Positions 26,701 to 41,700 of a DNA stretch of 64,000 nucleotides are shown piece by piece; the first letter of the stretch is position 1; every line of letters begins with the position of its first letter. Under the pieces are notes generated by a model that had not been told where the DNA came from, did not search any database, and worked only from the letters and a program-made list of their open reading frames with translations. Position numbers and translations under genes: made by a program. The DNA comes from Blasia pusilla (taxonomy: Eukaryota): assembly GCA_050084515.1 (NCBI GenBank), contig CM114271.1, positions 744,001 to 808,000 on the forward strand, written 5' to 3'.

Positions 26701-29071
26701 GCCCTGCACATAGGCCAAACAAATTCTATTGAGACTATCTCCCAGCAAAACTTGAAAATTGAATAAGTGAACAGCAACAAGCACATAAAATGGTCTCATG
26801 TATCCAGTGGAATTGTTGTTAATGGTACAACAATTCCAACTTTTCAGGTGAAGTGGAGGCACTGAGAAACCTTCTTATAGCTAATTCTGCCTCCTCGAGC
26901 TTGCCATCTTCCAGCAATGAGCTGCCAAGATGCATAAGAGGTGCAGCTAAATCTTCATCTTCAGTGCCCAATGCTCCCTCTGCATGAGCTAAAATTTGCT
27001 GATATAGCTCAATACTCTTGCTGGTCATATTAAGCTCACTGTAGGTATTCGCAAGTCCTAACATGGTTCTCACCACCGATGGAATATCCTCCTCTGAAAA
27101 ACAAATGGGATTAAAATCAGCCATTGTTCACATGGATACAAATAATAAACTGCAGCTCCTTCGGATGTAGAACATATACAAGGGCAAGGTTCCTGTTCAT
27201 CACTTTATAAACCCAAATTTCCACAGAAATTCTGTTTAATTATAGGGTTTCATTTCTGTGGAAAGTGGAGCCTCCAAACCATGCTCATTTCATCCAGAGA
27301 CCTACGCCTCAGAGTGACAATTGTCTACTTGACAGCACTTATTGCAATATGGGATTCGAACTTTCTTTCCTCATACCTTGAGCACCCTTTTTAATTCTAA
27401 GGCTCCGAGTGAACAATGGAAGAGCATCTTTGGGTTTGCCCATTTTCAAATACATGGACGCTAGGTGCTCCAATATGTTGCCAACAAGAACCTCTGAATC
27501 TGACATCAGTTCCAAGAGCTGCTTCGCCTGCAACAGTCATATGGAGTGAGTCCCCACATGGAGTCAGCCTTGGTTCCAAAGAGTGGTAATACACCAGTCA
27601 TACTGACTCATTACAAATTTCATTACACAGCCCCATCAACCTCACTTCGATAAGACTTGTAGAACTTTGTACGTTGCTACCATCTCTGCCTCATAGAAAT
27701 CTCCCCCACAATCATCCAAAAATATGCATAGAAACTCACCATAGCAGTGAGGGTAAGAAATTGACCTGATCAATGAGCATCTCTGCTGATTCCTGATCCC
27801 CCAAGTTCATATATAAATGAGCTAATATATCCAGCATAGCTGCTTGTTCCACTCCAAACACACCACCATCCAACTGCTCTAATACAGCCTCATAATTGCC
27901 CTCAATAATCTCCCGTGCTGAGTCCGGATCACCTCTGCCTATCATCTTCTCCACCTCAGCTAAAAGTCCACGAAAGTCATCATTGCCACCATACATGTCC
28001 ATCAACAGGTCCTCCACATCCCCGAGGCCTTCCTCGAGCTGTTTCACAATTTTATTTGAAGAAGGGTTCCTGGATTGAAAGACGACTTAATTCCTGTCAG
28101 ATATGAGTAGAGGTGTTATGGTCATGCTCGCAATTTCCATGAGCGGCTCCTGCGGTCGCGACAGACCCAGGCCACCATGTTCTAGCCTGTGATGTACACT
28201 ACCATACCTGGATTCAAGTTGCAATTCTTCAAAAGGAAAGAGATATGATGTTGACTGCTTGCAAGTTAAGCACCCTGTGTTTTCTGGAATACGAAGAAGC
28301 TAACGGTTTGAAACTATGCTCTCGACGCGTGAAATTGGATAAAAACAACTGTAGTTCAGAGCCTTGATGGCAGTACTGCAGGATGGAGTTCCAAAGCCTC
28401 AAACTCGTCGGTAATGACTCAGAAGATGACAGAACAATTAAGAAGAGAAGATGTGTCAATTACGTACCTCATCTTATCAAACAGTTTCTCAACAACGTCA
28501 CTATCTTCCAACCCAACTGCAGCTGCAAATCTCTTCATGAGCTCCTCTTCGTCATCTTTATCATATTCCTCACTTTCTTCGTCGTCAATGTCATCCTCGT
28601 CGTCGCCATTATCGTCCGTGCCTGCCAAAGTGCTGTACTCCCCGGTCTTGGGGTCGAGGACTTCCACATCGATATATCCATCAGAGCCTACACCTCTGCA
28701 GATTTGTGGTATAAGGAGCACATCATACAAACTCCAATCACTCGCATTGAACTTCTTTGTAAAGTAGCTCAAATTCCTTTCCACTGAATTCACTGTTCGG
28801 TCCACAAGTAGCAAAGAAACGGCAAAAATCACAAACCAATTTTGCAGCATTCTTACTTGGCTTTGACGGGGCTCCGTTTCCATTCATGCAGCTTTCCCCC
28901 GTCCTTGTACCTCAAAGGCACATGCGAAGACGTCAGCGAAGTCCATGGATTCACTTTCCATGTTGGAAACCGACAGCAGGACCGGCCACATCCCACCGCT
29001 GAACAACTCTGGATAACCACTGTGCCCGGTGCAGCAATTCCAACTGCAGCAAACCCCAGTGACACAGCCAT
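23706..29071 (-). CDS. Plastid TPR protein (kinesin-light-chain/nephrocystin-3-type repeats), At5g53080/WTG1-like, ~642 aa, 9 exons
   Basis: Exons 29071-28857, 28695-28468, 28069-27766, 27527-27377, 27093-26871, 26703-26612, 25554-25422, 25212-24878, 23953-23706 are in frame (1929 nt). Transit-peptide-like start and an acidic tract. NYEAVLEQLDGGVFGVEQAAMLDILA, RMDLAALL, LRIREKAFG and IQDKEFGP match my recollection of At5g53080; orthology is not verified. Confidence 0.9.
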
Positions 29072-29084
29072 GTCTACTTACTCC

Positions 29085-29475
29085 TGCAACCGTAGCTCCA
29101 ATTCCAGTCCCAGATACATCCACAGCCACAACGACGCACCCCAAGCTCCAGGTATAAAATCCACCACCCTCACAACGCTCTCAATCCTCCTGCAACCGCA
29201 GCTCCAATTCCAATCCCAGCTACATCCACGACAACAACGCACACTGAGCTCCAACTCCACAACTACGTAATCCCAGTCGCAAATGTGAAATCCACCCTCC
29301 AAACGTTCTCAATCCTCCTGCAACCGCAATTCCAACTCCGGCTCCGATTCCAGTCACAAACACATTCACAACCTCAACAGCAACAATGCTCACTGAGCTC
29401 GCACTCCTCAGCAGCGGAATCCCAATCGCAAATGTGAAATCCACATCCACAACGCTCCCAATTCTCCAGTCGCGA
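29085..29475. repeat. Three imperfect repeats in the 5' leader of the TPR gene
   Basis: aaatccac..(c/a)acg.tc.caat.ctcc units at ~29157, 29288 and 29437. Confidence 0.65.
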
Positions 29476-31179
29476 GGACAATCAAAACCCTCAGACGCTT
29501 CCGAGTGCTCCTCCAGATGTGGAGCTCCTTTTGATAAACCCTAAACCCCCTAAAGGTTGCGCTCTGTCTGACCACCTCTACTCTGTAACCGCGAGCGCGA
29601 GCGTCTGGAATCCACGGTGCATGCGACACGTGCGCTCTTCTACGCCGAGTGCTACCGTATTAGCGACTCCCGTCAGGACACGTGCGCAGATTTACCCTCA
29701 CTGCGATAAGATCTATACGTGCTTTAAATGATGTCTCCCTTCACTACCTCTTCCCACGGGCCATAGAGATATATATACGGGAGCTTAGGGGAGAAGTTTG
29801 ACTCGCAATCTTCCCCTTTAGTGAAACACCAATGTTATGGGGTCTTGAGAAACTGGAATTTGAAAGGAGTTTTAAATATGATACTTGTGTGACATACATG
29901 TGGATGGGTTAGATTAGTAAGGTGCATGTGCGATACAATAAAAAAGTGTTTGAAGAGTTTTTCTAGTGAATAGTCCATAAAATAAAAAAATGAATATTGC
30001 ACAAAAGTTCAAATTTTTTTTTGTTATCATGACTTGTGAAATATTTTTTTATTGTCCAATGACCAATTGTCATGTGTTAATAAAAGGGCCTTAAAAAACA
30101 GATGTTAATAGTAGTTTTTAAAATTTTAAAATCATATTTAATTTTAAAATTTAAGTATAATTTTCCTTTTTTAAATCTTAAAAGAGTAAGAAAATTTCAC
30201 CTTTAAATAATACCCATCTCTCTTAATAATTTCACTCCTTCGTAAAACCTCGAACAATAACTATTCTCCCCCAAAACTCCCCCAAAACTTTCCCACCAAA
30301 ATAACATTCACTAACCAAAATCTTAGCTAATTTTAATTAACAAAATTATTTCCTTTTCCATTGAAATTTATTTTCCATACCCAAAATATCACATGTGAAT
30401 TAATAAGATTATTTTAAAAAATAATCACATTATTCATATCAATTTTTAAATATAATTTTTATTTTCTAAAATCTTAGAAGATCAATAACATTTCACTCTT
30501 CTTAGTAATTACAACCCTCCATTCAAATTTAATTATATCCCTTAAGTAATTTTATCCGTCCATAAATTTTAATCAAAATCTACTCTTTCTCCATTAAAAT
30601 TTTATTTTCCCTTTCCATAAAAAATGGAGGCAAAAATTCTAGTTCTTTATCATAATTATTTTGTTTTTTAATATTTATAATCACCCGTTATAATATTAAT
30701 TAAATAAATAATTTATTAATATATTTTCTTTCTATTCCTCAGTCCCTATCTATTTCTACCCATCTAATATGGTTCAAGCAACAAAATTCAAACAATAGAA
30801 TAAAATGTTGCCTATTTTGTTCTATTGTCTCACCATCTTGTCCAATTAAGCAAATGGGGTTGCTGATTATTATATAGATAGCGAGGGAAAAAAAATGTAT
30901 GCAGAGGCCGTAATGAATTTATTTTGCTATTGTGCTCGATATTATTGATAACGAGAGTCCTAAGTTAATGGGTTTTTGCTAGAGACCTCTTATGATAATC
31001 ATGTTTCTTTACGTGTAATTAATAAAGTTTATGGTGTTGGTAAGTTTAGCTTGTAGGGGGCTTCCCCTCTTCCTTTACTCTCAGCCTCATGTGGTCTTGA
31101 TATTCTTGACTCTTCCTGTCTCCCTTGTTTTGTGCTTCCATTGGTTTCCCCCATCTCCTTTTGTTTGAGTCTTATTTGC

Positions 31180-32420
31180 TATGGGCCTCAAAGAAGAAAT
31201 AAGACATAAACAAAAGTTGTTATTGGAGATAGATCTACATCCTACTACATCAAAAAAGTTAGAACGTGTTAACTTTAATGTAATTTCAACATCAAATCTA
31301 ATAGTGTTATGTGTCATATTGATTTAATGTCAAATAAATAATGTTTTGACAGGGTTGTTTTGTATCAAACAACCTTCAATGTCACTTTTATGCATAAAAA
31401 TTTTCTATAAAAGATATGCAATACATAAATGATATTATAAATATGTGAAATATAAATTGCATTCAAAATTTGATTGATATCAAAATGACATATTTATTTG
31501 GTAGTTCGTCGTGGTAGTTTATGGTGTCGTCATCTTTGTGACGTCAACAATATTTGGTGTAATAGTAGTTATGCCTCATCGTGCCCTTGGGAACTCGTTG
31601 TGTCCAATGGGAAAATTTACGTCTTGTGGCTATGGCTATTCTTGCTTGGGTTTATTTTTTCATTCAACTATGGTAACTAGAGATGTTTGCGAGTTATGAT
31701 TATTTAAATGAATGCATCATGTTCTAGTCGTTCAAATGAGTTCATCCATTGAATTATTGTAACAAATTCTTGTTTTTTATGTAGATTCTATTTAGTGATT
31801 TCATTACTATGAAGAAATTCTTGTTGTTTTCTCATCTCCATATTCTTCGGGCCACCTTTAAGGCGGCCTCGTAGGGGTCGAGCATTCCCATGGGCCAATA
31901 AGAGTTCTTTATCATTGAAGCTAAGTTGTTATTGGAGATAGGTCTCCATCCTACAACATGTCTTTATTTGGAAATTTGTTAGAGTTTCAAGGGCATCACT
32001 TTGTGGCGCCAAAAATATTGGGTGCAAAAGTAGTTATGCCTCGTCACACCCTTGGGAACTCATTACATCAAGTATGAAAATTTCCATATTTTGTCTATTC
32101 TTTGATCACAACATCATGTGTACCACATGAAGCAATGCCAAGAGTAAGAGGCATGGATAATACTTGTGGAGGAGGCACTAGAGCACAAAAATTAGAGGAT
32201 GCTAATTTTGATATACCTTTTGCACGAAATCTAATAGTACTAACCTTCATATTGATTTGACACCAAATAAATATGTTTTTGATATAGATTTTTTATATCA
32301 ATCAACTTTCAACGCCAACTTAATGCGAAAAAAAGTTTGTAGAATATTAAATACACAAATGACATCATAAATACATAAAACACGTGTTACATTATGATTG
32401 ATATGAAAATAACATAGCTC
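31180..32420. repeat. Degenerate duplicated blocks in AT-rich intergenic DNA, probably a TE relic
   Basis: gttattggagatag..catccta at 31219/31928; agtagttatgcctc..cccttgggaactc at ~31564/32027; aaatctaatagt..catattgattt at ~31295/32227. Confidence 0.6.
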
Positions 32421-35400
32421 CAAGTTTTGTGATGTGGTAAGCCTCTCCCAAGCACAAGGAGCCAGTCTACGACGAGCTCCATTAATTCCACCACCACACA
32501 AGATAGTACAAAATTTTGAGTCGATGGCCACGAGGGTAGAGTTGACTATGGCTAGCGAGGCACTTGCCACTCAATACGTGGAGCAAGGGAAGACCAAATT
32601 GATCACTTATGGTTATCTGACGATATCAAAGCCAAAGAATGTTTTTGCTTGATCATGTGATAAATGTGCAAGCAACACATGCCTATGTGTGAAATAGGGA
32701 ACTACCATCCATCGTCATATCATCAAGTAATCTAGAACATTATTATAGATGAGTTGAGAACACACCTAACATTTTTTTGGAATGTATACAATATATACAA
32801 TGTTCGGCAAGTTCATTTCAGATTGTGGTCATTTTACTACAACGACCATTTGCAAGGCAATACAAGGGGGGCTCTAGAGTTGGAGGAGGAGCGGGAGCCA
32901 TAGGTGTAGGCTGCATTAACACCCGAAAACTACAATAAGGCAACATTGGTGTCTATTATATGTCACCAACAAGAGACATGCGGAGAGAGCAAATGGGCTC
33001 AAAACTGTTGGTGAAGGCACGACATTTATCTCACTCCTTTTTCTAGGGAAGATGGGAAGCATTTTAACATTATTTTGTAAGTAACTCTTATCTTGAAACT
33101 CTAGTACTCATGTAGTGTCTTCCATTTCTTATTTTCAACACAGATACTAACTCCACTTTGCATTTATGATGGATCATGACATGACGCATCCTCATGAATC
33201 CAAGATGGAGTTGAAGCAATGATGAGTATGCATGTGGGAGTCAACCGAATTGGATCCGTGTACCTCAATAGATGGACTCGCTGGAGGAGACAACCATCCA
33301 AATGGTATTTCCTTCAACAAGGGTGACGAGGAGGCGAGGGGGACGAGAAGATTTGCCTTAAAATGTGTCTCACCACTCTAAAGCAAAGTAAGAGGCCCCT
33401 CGCTGGATAATGCACCTACTCGACACACAAGGCTTATTCAAAGTAGGCATTTCCACACAAGATTAGGGGGCTACAAGAAGTGGATAGATATGAGCGACAG
33501 TGGTGTCCATTGGGACGTCTTCTAGCTTTGGACCTTCTACTGGTCTAGTACAACCCCATATATGTTGCATATCTGTGGCATAAGTAGGTAATGAGACACT
33601 AGTGTTGATGGCATCACACAACAATATTTGTAAAAAATAATTTCATACATATACATATATTTCTCATTGTGATCACATCATTTGGCTCGTGTGATTGGAT
33701 GTCGAATGTATGGAATGAAAAAGAATTTCGTGAGCTTGAAAATTATTATTTTAATATTTTATTTTTAAAAATCAAGTTGTTTGCACCTTAGACCTACAAA
33801 GTGCATTACAACTGCATAATGCCTCAATTGCAAGTCTAACTTGCATTTGGCTTGGAGTATAGTCACAACGTTGCAAATAAATTGTGAGTCTAGTGCACAT
33901 GAGTATGAGACAATTGTATCTGGGCTGCGAGTGTAATTAAACACAAATTTTGACTTGCATCGGTGTCATAATATGGAAGTCAGATTTTCCTCTTGCAAGT
34001 CAATTGCAAGTGCAAAACTATAAAAGTTACACATGGAGAGTTACTATGGTGCAGTTGGTGGGACTCACAAGGTCATTGTGAATGCAATAGTGGGAAGAAA
34101 ATATGAAGAACAAAGCCTAGGTATATTTAATAATATAAGAAGTAGTAATCTATGGGAAGTCTAAATCAAATTTGTTGCTTTGAGAGAGATAGTACACAAT
34201 TGACAACACTTATTAGTGTCATTCATGAGAGGACACTTAAAAAAAAATTGACTCATCATAAATATTTTCAAAGATGGCTCTAGTGGATTGGTAGTAAGTT
34301 TCCTCATAAGCATAGGTCATGGATTTGCATTATCTCGGATGAAGATAATAAATTTGAGAAGTATTTATTCCCTCTTGGAAGGAATCTTATATATTTGGTC
34401 TATAAATTGATTGTACTATATGTTATCAATAAATATTTAAAGTTCTTATTTTGTAATGATTTATGAGAAGGATCAAGAAGTGATGGCTTTTCTAATCAAG
34501 AGATATAAAATGACGAGGAGTTTTAGAAAATAAATTATATTCAAGTTGTTTTGTGGAGAGTGACAAGAAGGTCAAGGATATCGTATGTATCAATATAGAG
34601 AGAGTATATATCAATAGGTGGAGAAAGAGAGAAGTCATCAGGATTTATGATAGATATTATGAGAATGAAAAGATAGTAGAATAAGTACACAATAGAGAAT
34701 CCCGTGTGTTTTGAAACGTCAATATAGAGGTGAAATATATTAAGAAAGTACAAAGGAATTCATTGTGGAATTCACCATAAAGAAAGACAGCAAAATACAT
34801 TTCATGATGGGAAAATCCATAAGTCAAGTATACAACATTAGATAAACAATATCGGAAGGCAGCGGGAAAAGTTACAATAGTGAAAAAGCTTATCACATCC
34901 ACATTAACAATTATCGTAAAGATATATAGATATGAGCATGAATGGAATAATTAGTACCATAATGGGAGATAGTATACATTTAAGACCACTCTTATGGTGA
35001 TCAAAAGGGCCAAGTTGGCATACATACACTCTCATATTCACTAGTGTGCGGCCCTTTCACGAGGAAATTACATCTCTTGAACCCTCCAACCCTAACCGAA
35101 ATAGAGTGGCACGTATCTTTGTTTCTAAAAGTATAAATTCTTTATACTTTTAGAACCAAATGAGAGCTCGTTTCTTCTTAAGAGATGGTGTGGCACAACT
35201 GGACTTTTATATTAAAAAAATCACATTATATTTGGGGCCGTAATTAGATTTGGTTGCATCATATCTCTTCGAAAGATGCTCCTCCTCCTTATAATGTCCT
35301 TTCTACCAGATTATGTTTGGTTTGTATGTAGCTATCATCATAGTCTAGGATGGGTTGGCAATTGTAGCAAGATTATGGTTAACTCCAAGAAGAGACCTTT

Positions 35401-38400
35401 GCCTTGTCATTTTATTCCACAAGTAGTATATCCTTATATTTGGCTTTCTTGTCAAGATCCACTTCTTGTTAAGATCCACTTGGTCTAGTTAAGTCATAGG
35501 GCATCTCTTAGTTAAATCTTGGCTTCAACAGAATTTCCATCACATTACGACATAGTCTTTGTGTTGATAAATGCCTAAACTCAAAATTACTAATGTGATG
35601 TATATTGCTTGCTTGTGGTGGTAAATGCTTAAAGGTAGGTCAGCCACCTTGGGAGAATGAGAGCACTCTATGGAATGAACAATAGTTCACCAAATGGGTT
35701 TAGATCAATGTTCATACACATTCAATCACTATCAAGTGTGCTCTTGTAGAGCTTCATTCACATCTTGTGATGGACTCCAAAACTCTCAAGGCAATAACCT
35801 TGAGAGAACTACAATGCACTACGATTCCACTGCTAACCTTACATACATTCTATCGTGAGAACTACATTGTACACGGTTTTGCATTCCAACACGAGAGACA
35901 ACACCAAAAGAGTACATCCTCCATCGATGTCGCCAGTCGTGTGCACTTAGTGGGATCAATACCTACTTGGTCACATAACAACGATGACCATGATAATGAC
36001 AAACGGATCTTTTGGACCTTCTCTTATTTCCGGAGACAGTTGACTTGGATGACAGGATACAATTTTCTCATGGTCTCCAGTGATAATGCGATTCCTCCTG
36101 TAACATCTTTTCCAGGTTCTAGAATTGACAATGGTGCAGATGCTCGGGTAGCTCGGTAAGTTCGTTCTCCACACTCGGTTCTTGCTTATGTAGGCAATTA
36201 CTAGAGCATTTTGGGGAGTTTGGGATTGAATGCAGGGATGGGACCTCGCCTGGAAAAGTGCCGTTTTTCTATCTGATGACTGCTTTGAGAGGACTGTCAC
36301 AAACCACTAAGAAATGAACCTTCTTTAGACTTATTCAAGAGAATTTGATTGAACTCCGAGTAACTCACATTTCAACGGAAAACCTCTGAAGTTACACCTA
36401 CACATGTTGCCCTTCACACTTGGAACAAGTGCTTCAGCGAGAAATTAGAGAGAACTAAAAAGCGTGGGAGTTTTAAGGAAAGGCAGAACCCTGGATTTAG
36501 GGAGCAGAATGCCAACTACTTCCTTGGGAAGATAGGGTGGGATAATGGCGTTGGTTAAATTACAGAACATAGACCCCGGCTGACCTAGTTTGCCCACATA
36601 TATGGTGTGGTAGAAAGAGTCAGACATAACACAGTAACAATCCAGAAGAGCCCAGATTTTGATTCATAACCCATGTGCGAAATTTAGCATTTATCAGGAA
36701 TTATACAGCTGGAAACTTAACAGTACACAGATAATTGAAAGACTACCAGGGTGGAAATTGTGCTTGGATATTACTCTACTTATGAAAAATGTCTGCCATG
36801 AGTTTAGATCCCTAAAAAGGTCTAAAACGCTCGTCTCAAGACAGTGTTACCTGTCATCTTTGATCTCACCGTTTGACGACTAGGTTTTCATGGCCTCTGT
36901 CCAAGAAGCCTACAAAGAATTGCTACCAGTTTCTTAGATACTCTCATGTCAAACATTGGTCCAAAATTTTGAGACAGATGTTCTGAGTGTCCAAAGAAGT
37001 TGGTTTGACTTCTTAGTAAGGTGCCAGGAGCATCATGTGACCTTTCTGTTAACCTTCATAAATAACAGACTTTTTGATGACGGGACAAGTAAGACTAGAC
37101 ATGGTTCACAGATGTTGCATCAGCCTAGAAGACTCATAGAAGTGTTTCATATGAAGGGGAATAATTTCCAGGTAGATGGATCAAAACCACAATGAAATAT
37201 GGTCAGATCTCCGTTATCAAAAGGATGGCCGGGACAGGATCCTAATCACTATGTGAAGGTGGAAATGGCTCCTAAACGGGAAAACTGGTGTGGCATGGTA
37301 GGTGAGAAGATGTTCTAAAACAGGAATATTAGAAGGCAGATGTGATCAATTCTCCATGTACCATATGCAGAGAGATCTGATATGTGGTGCAAGATGTTTG
37401 TCGTACCGAGTGATGCTGATATTAGAACGCTGCACCAGTAATCAAGTAACTTGAAAGTGTACCCCCAGCTTCTGGGGCCCAAAACAACGGGGCAGAGTCG
37501 ATATGGCAGCCCTTACAAACGCCCACCACACTCAAGAAGAGGTACCAGAAATACAGCAAAACTCCAGCTTTCTAGTGCCACACACCCTACTCACTACCCA
37601 CTCCACCAATTTCTTTGAAAACCCCCTTTTCACATGCAGAAAAAATGCAAATGGTTCTAAGCTTCAAGATACATTGGCGCCTTACAACAATGCCATGTCT
37701 GCAGCAAGAGCAGGTGTATGAACAGTACCAGCGCCTTCCTGGCAGCTTCCTTCGGTACTCCCAATTGCTCATCCGCAACAAATGTCATTCAGATATACAA
37801 ACAAGCCACCGGTTTTGAGTAGAGGAAGATATAAACCGGATCAGGTGTTAGAAACTACTCAATCAGACAGGACCTCAATTTGACCTGATTAAGTGTAGAG
37901 ACCTTCGCACAATAGCCCAAGCCTTTCATGGACAAAAGTCATATATGGGACCAGCAAGATTGGGAGTAGGAAAATAGATAGAGAAGCAAAGCCCATATAA
38001 AGACTCTAATGACGATATTTTCTCCGATACAGCGATACATACTCTAAGACTCTACACTTCAGATTCTACTAACATCGACAAAAATTACAGTGACGCCATC
38101 ACGAGCCCTTGTCCACCCTCAGCCTTGTGGTTGATCATTAACCTTTGGCTCTCTACGTACAAGTTGCTGTATATATCCTCTTCTTTGTCTAAACCACAGG
38201 CTAGACTGGCTAACCCATCTGGGATTCTCTCAACAGGGTGCTCATGACAGAACCTACAACCATAATGTTCTTGAACTAGGGATGAAACTCACCTACTATC
38301 TACCCAGAACAAGACAACAAGTGACTCAAATGGATATGTGAACCAGTCCACCTAGCTGATCTTGAGGAACCCATCAACCCTGCTTGAATGCCTACAGATG

Positions 38401-38729
38401 GACACCAAACTCGGTACCATACAAGCTTCTACCAATTTCACTGCATGTCACTTCATGGAACTCCAAAACAAGCTACATGATAGGTTGCACACTGCTGACG
38501 CTGACGTGACAACGGCGCCAACAACATAATATGCCAATCCATCCAGGGAAGCAGCTGCTAAATCCCTATGGAGGTCTGGCCCTTTGGAAATACTTGACCG
38601 CGAGACGACAGCAGAGAAGACGGCCGCAACAAGACACCTCAACAGACTCCTGACACACCATTGTATGGTAGAAAATGGCACTGTCGACGACCACTCTGGA
38701 CCTCCACCCTCACAGTGCGACAAGGGCAC

Positions 38730-41700
38730 TCACTGGAACAGTTGCAGAGGGAAAGAATCAATCATGAGCCAAAAATGCATCGCTCCAGGTGTCCAAGCTA
38801 CATGTATAACTTTGAGTGCATGACAAGCTAAAAGACTCATGATAAGAAGTAATCTTGAATGAGATAAGACAACTTTGAAAGCCAAGGGATCAAAACACCA
38901 AGCACCAGACAATCATTAAACAAAATATTTTGTACAAACAAGAGGCACTGCAACAATACAGCATTCCCTGCTGTGCTTAGAAAACAAAAGATTATTGACG
39001 AACCTGATCAGAAGGGAGAGGTGAGCTAGTATTTGCTGTCTGCTTAAGCTCTGTTGGTTTATCTGCTCCACAGTTCCTGCGATTGCACTTTGTTCTGAAA
39101 GGATAGTTAACATTGCCACAGGCCTCACACGTCCAGCTCCCATCTGGTGGTGGACCCTCTGGAAAATATCCAATGATTTACAATTAGAATAACCGTTGAA
39201 AATGACAAAATGTGATAGGAAATGCAGGAATGAGGCATCCCCACGGGAATGGAGAAATTCAATGTGTTCAACCATCCAGAAATATGTTTCACAACTATGC
39301 ATTTTGATCAAACTTACGTGAGGCTGCAGGGGCTCGAGCTGTAGGGCCATTTCCATACCGGTTGGCCTGAAGAAAAAGAAAAAAGGCTCAACATTTGAGA
39401 GATTCCAGGTGGGACAAGTATGAACAGTTTAAAGTAGGGAGTGAGAAATCCTGTTCACATATCCTGTGATTCAATTCATTAACCTTCTATTTTCCAAGGT
39501 CAACAAAAAGTATTCATATGACAGGCAGACAGAGACTCTACTCATAAGTAGTGCTGGTTGTAGCCTGGCGACTATAGACCCCAGCCAGACTGAACAGATC
39601 CTAGAAATGAAATGAATAAGATCTGCACAGACTGGTAAAAAGTCAAACTGCTCAGCTCTGAACACCTGTGAGGGCAACTGACATGATGAAAATTTTGAAA
39701 AAGGACAGAAAGTAAGCAACTTACTGTCTCTGTAGGCTTTGGTGCACCACACTTTCGCATATTACAGGTGGTTCTAAAGGCAAAGTTTGTATTTCCACAT
39801 TTTGGACACACCCAGTCACCTTCAGAGAAACCATCTGGACCTGGTTGGAATGAGACAGACGACCCCAAATTCAGTGCTTACATATTCGTACCAGCAGCCC
39901 CACTTTGAACCAGATTTACCACAATTGAGTTCGCAGGCCAATTTTCAAACACAGGCTAACATGTACCCACCTCCTCTGCGTTTCCTGGAGCCATTCTCTT
40001 CACCATACATTACAGGTCCTCCTCTAGGTCCTGCCATCTATAGAATCATCACAGAACCATCAATATGCCATATCATACAACAGGATACTCAATGCAACCA
40101 ATTCCCACAGGCACCCAAGCTTCGAGACACAGTTTGTTTACCGGTGGGGCTCGACCCATGCTCATATTCATTCCATATCCATCCATAACCGGTCCAGTGC
40201 CATAGCCAGGACCTGAGAAACAAAAGAAGGAACCTCTGAAACTCTTTGAAAGGGTGTAGACTACTTATCCAACTCACCAATAGCAGAAAGTGGATAATGG
40301 ACGAGTCATGCCAATGTCAAAAGTAACATAACAGCTCTATTACTTCAGAAATCTTTGGATAAAAATCATAACGGTAGAGAAGAAGCACAAAAAACCAATT
40401 CCACAATATGAAAGTAGTCAATGACTTACCTCCACCAATAACTGCTCCTGGAGGTCCATAGGATGCTGCCATAGGCATTGGTTGATAAGGTTGTACTGTA
40501 TTGACTGATGCCCCATAATCATATGGAACAGTAGATGCCACAGCTTGGGGCTGAATGGGCATTGGTGTACCATAATTTGCCGGTAAAGCCAGTGGAAGAG
40601 AAGGGGGTGCACCTGGCCCTCCCATATACATAGGAGCAGGGGCTTGTTCGTACATAGTGGGGGCAACCATGGGCCCCCCAATAGCCCTTTGTTCACCCAT
40701 GTAAGCCTGAACAAGAAGAGACAATAAGCCCTTTAGAAAATCATGGTAATCAAGTTTTGCAGGCGTTGGATCAGCTAACAAAATGCACTACCAACCATAC
40801 TCAGTGCACTGACACTGGCATTTCAGAAACTGTCAACAAACATCAACCTTCTTTCTTGATTGGGGTTGAAATAACGTGACAGCTACTAGACAGCCCGCAG
40901 CACAAGCTTCTTTCAAAGCTGTGCGAAGCAAGTCAGATTAGAAATACCAAAAGTAGGACTGACAGTACCTGTGTACCCTCAGCTGGCTTTGACGCTCCAC
41001 ATTTCCGCATGTTACATGTAGTCCTAAATGCAAAATTCACATTTCCACATTGTGGACAAGTCCAGTCTCCTTCTCCACGGACAGCTGGAGTTCCATTACA
41101 CATCGAAGATTCACAGGAGATTTAAGTAGGAAACAACTCCAGGTTCCTCCTGCATGAAACCTAAAATGATGTATCTACATAGACAGACAGACAAGTTCTA
41201 AACTCATCTCGAGACAACTCTTACATGATAAAATTCACAAGCATTTGGTACACAGCTAAAAAAACCCTCCCACGAGGATCAAACAAGCAAGAAACCCATA
41301 CCAAGCCCCTGTATCATGGAAATTTCATAACGAGCCATGAAGAGTCCTTCATGATACAATAACAGCGAATTGAAAGAGATACAAAGAGAGGAATGTATCG
41401 ATTCCACTCCAAAACCCACCATCCGTCCTTGCACGCTTCGGTCCAGGCTGCCCTCGAAAATCCGCCTGTACACATTTCGTTGAAATTATAAACAGCCAAC
41501 ATTATGAACAGGACAGTTTTCACGTCATTCCCTATACTTCTCAAAGTAAACATGCCATCGAGAATCCGCCTGTGCACATTTCGTTGAAGTTATAACATTG
41601 TGTACAGGGCATATTTCACCTCATTACCTATACTCCTCAAAGTAAACATGAGGAGAGCTTACGTGACGGGTCATGTCCACCACGGTATTCTGTGGGGCAG

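Noticed and set aside
35123-35155. 15 bp perfect hairpin
   Set aside because: Very AT-rich and isolated; no element or function can be assigned.
36302-36320. aac+CACTA as the 5' end matching the 50887 terminus
   Set aside because: The sequence after CACTA does not match the 3' TIR, there are no subterminal repeats, and the element would have to contain an intact host gene.
35760-38700. Short ORFs and splice-like signals downstream of the zinc-finger gene
   Set aside because: No recognisable protein or consistent exon chain; probably 3' UTR or intergenic DNA.
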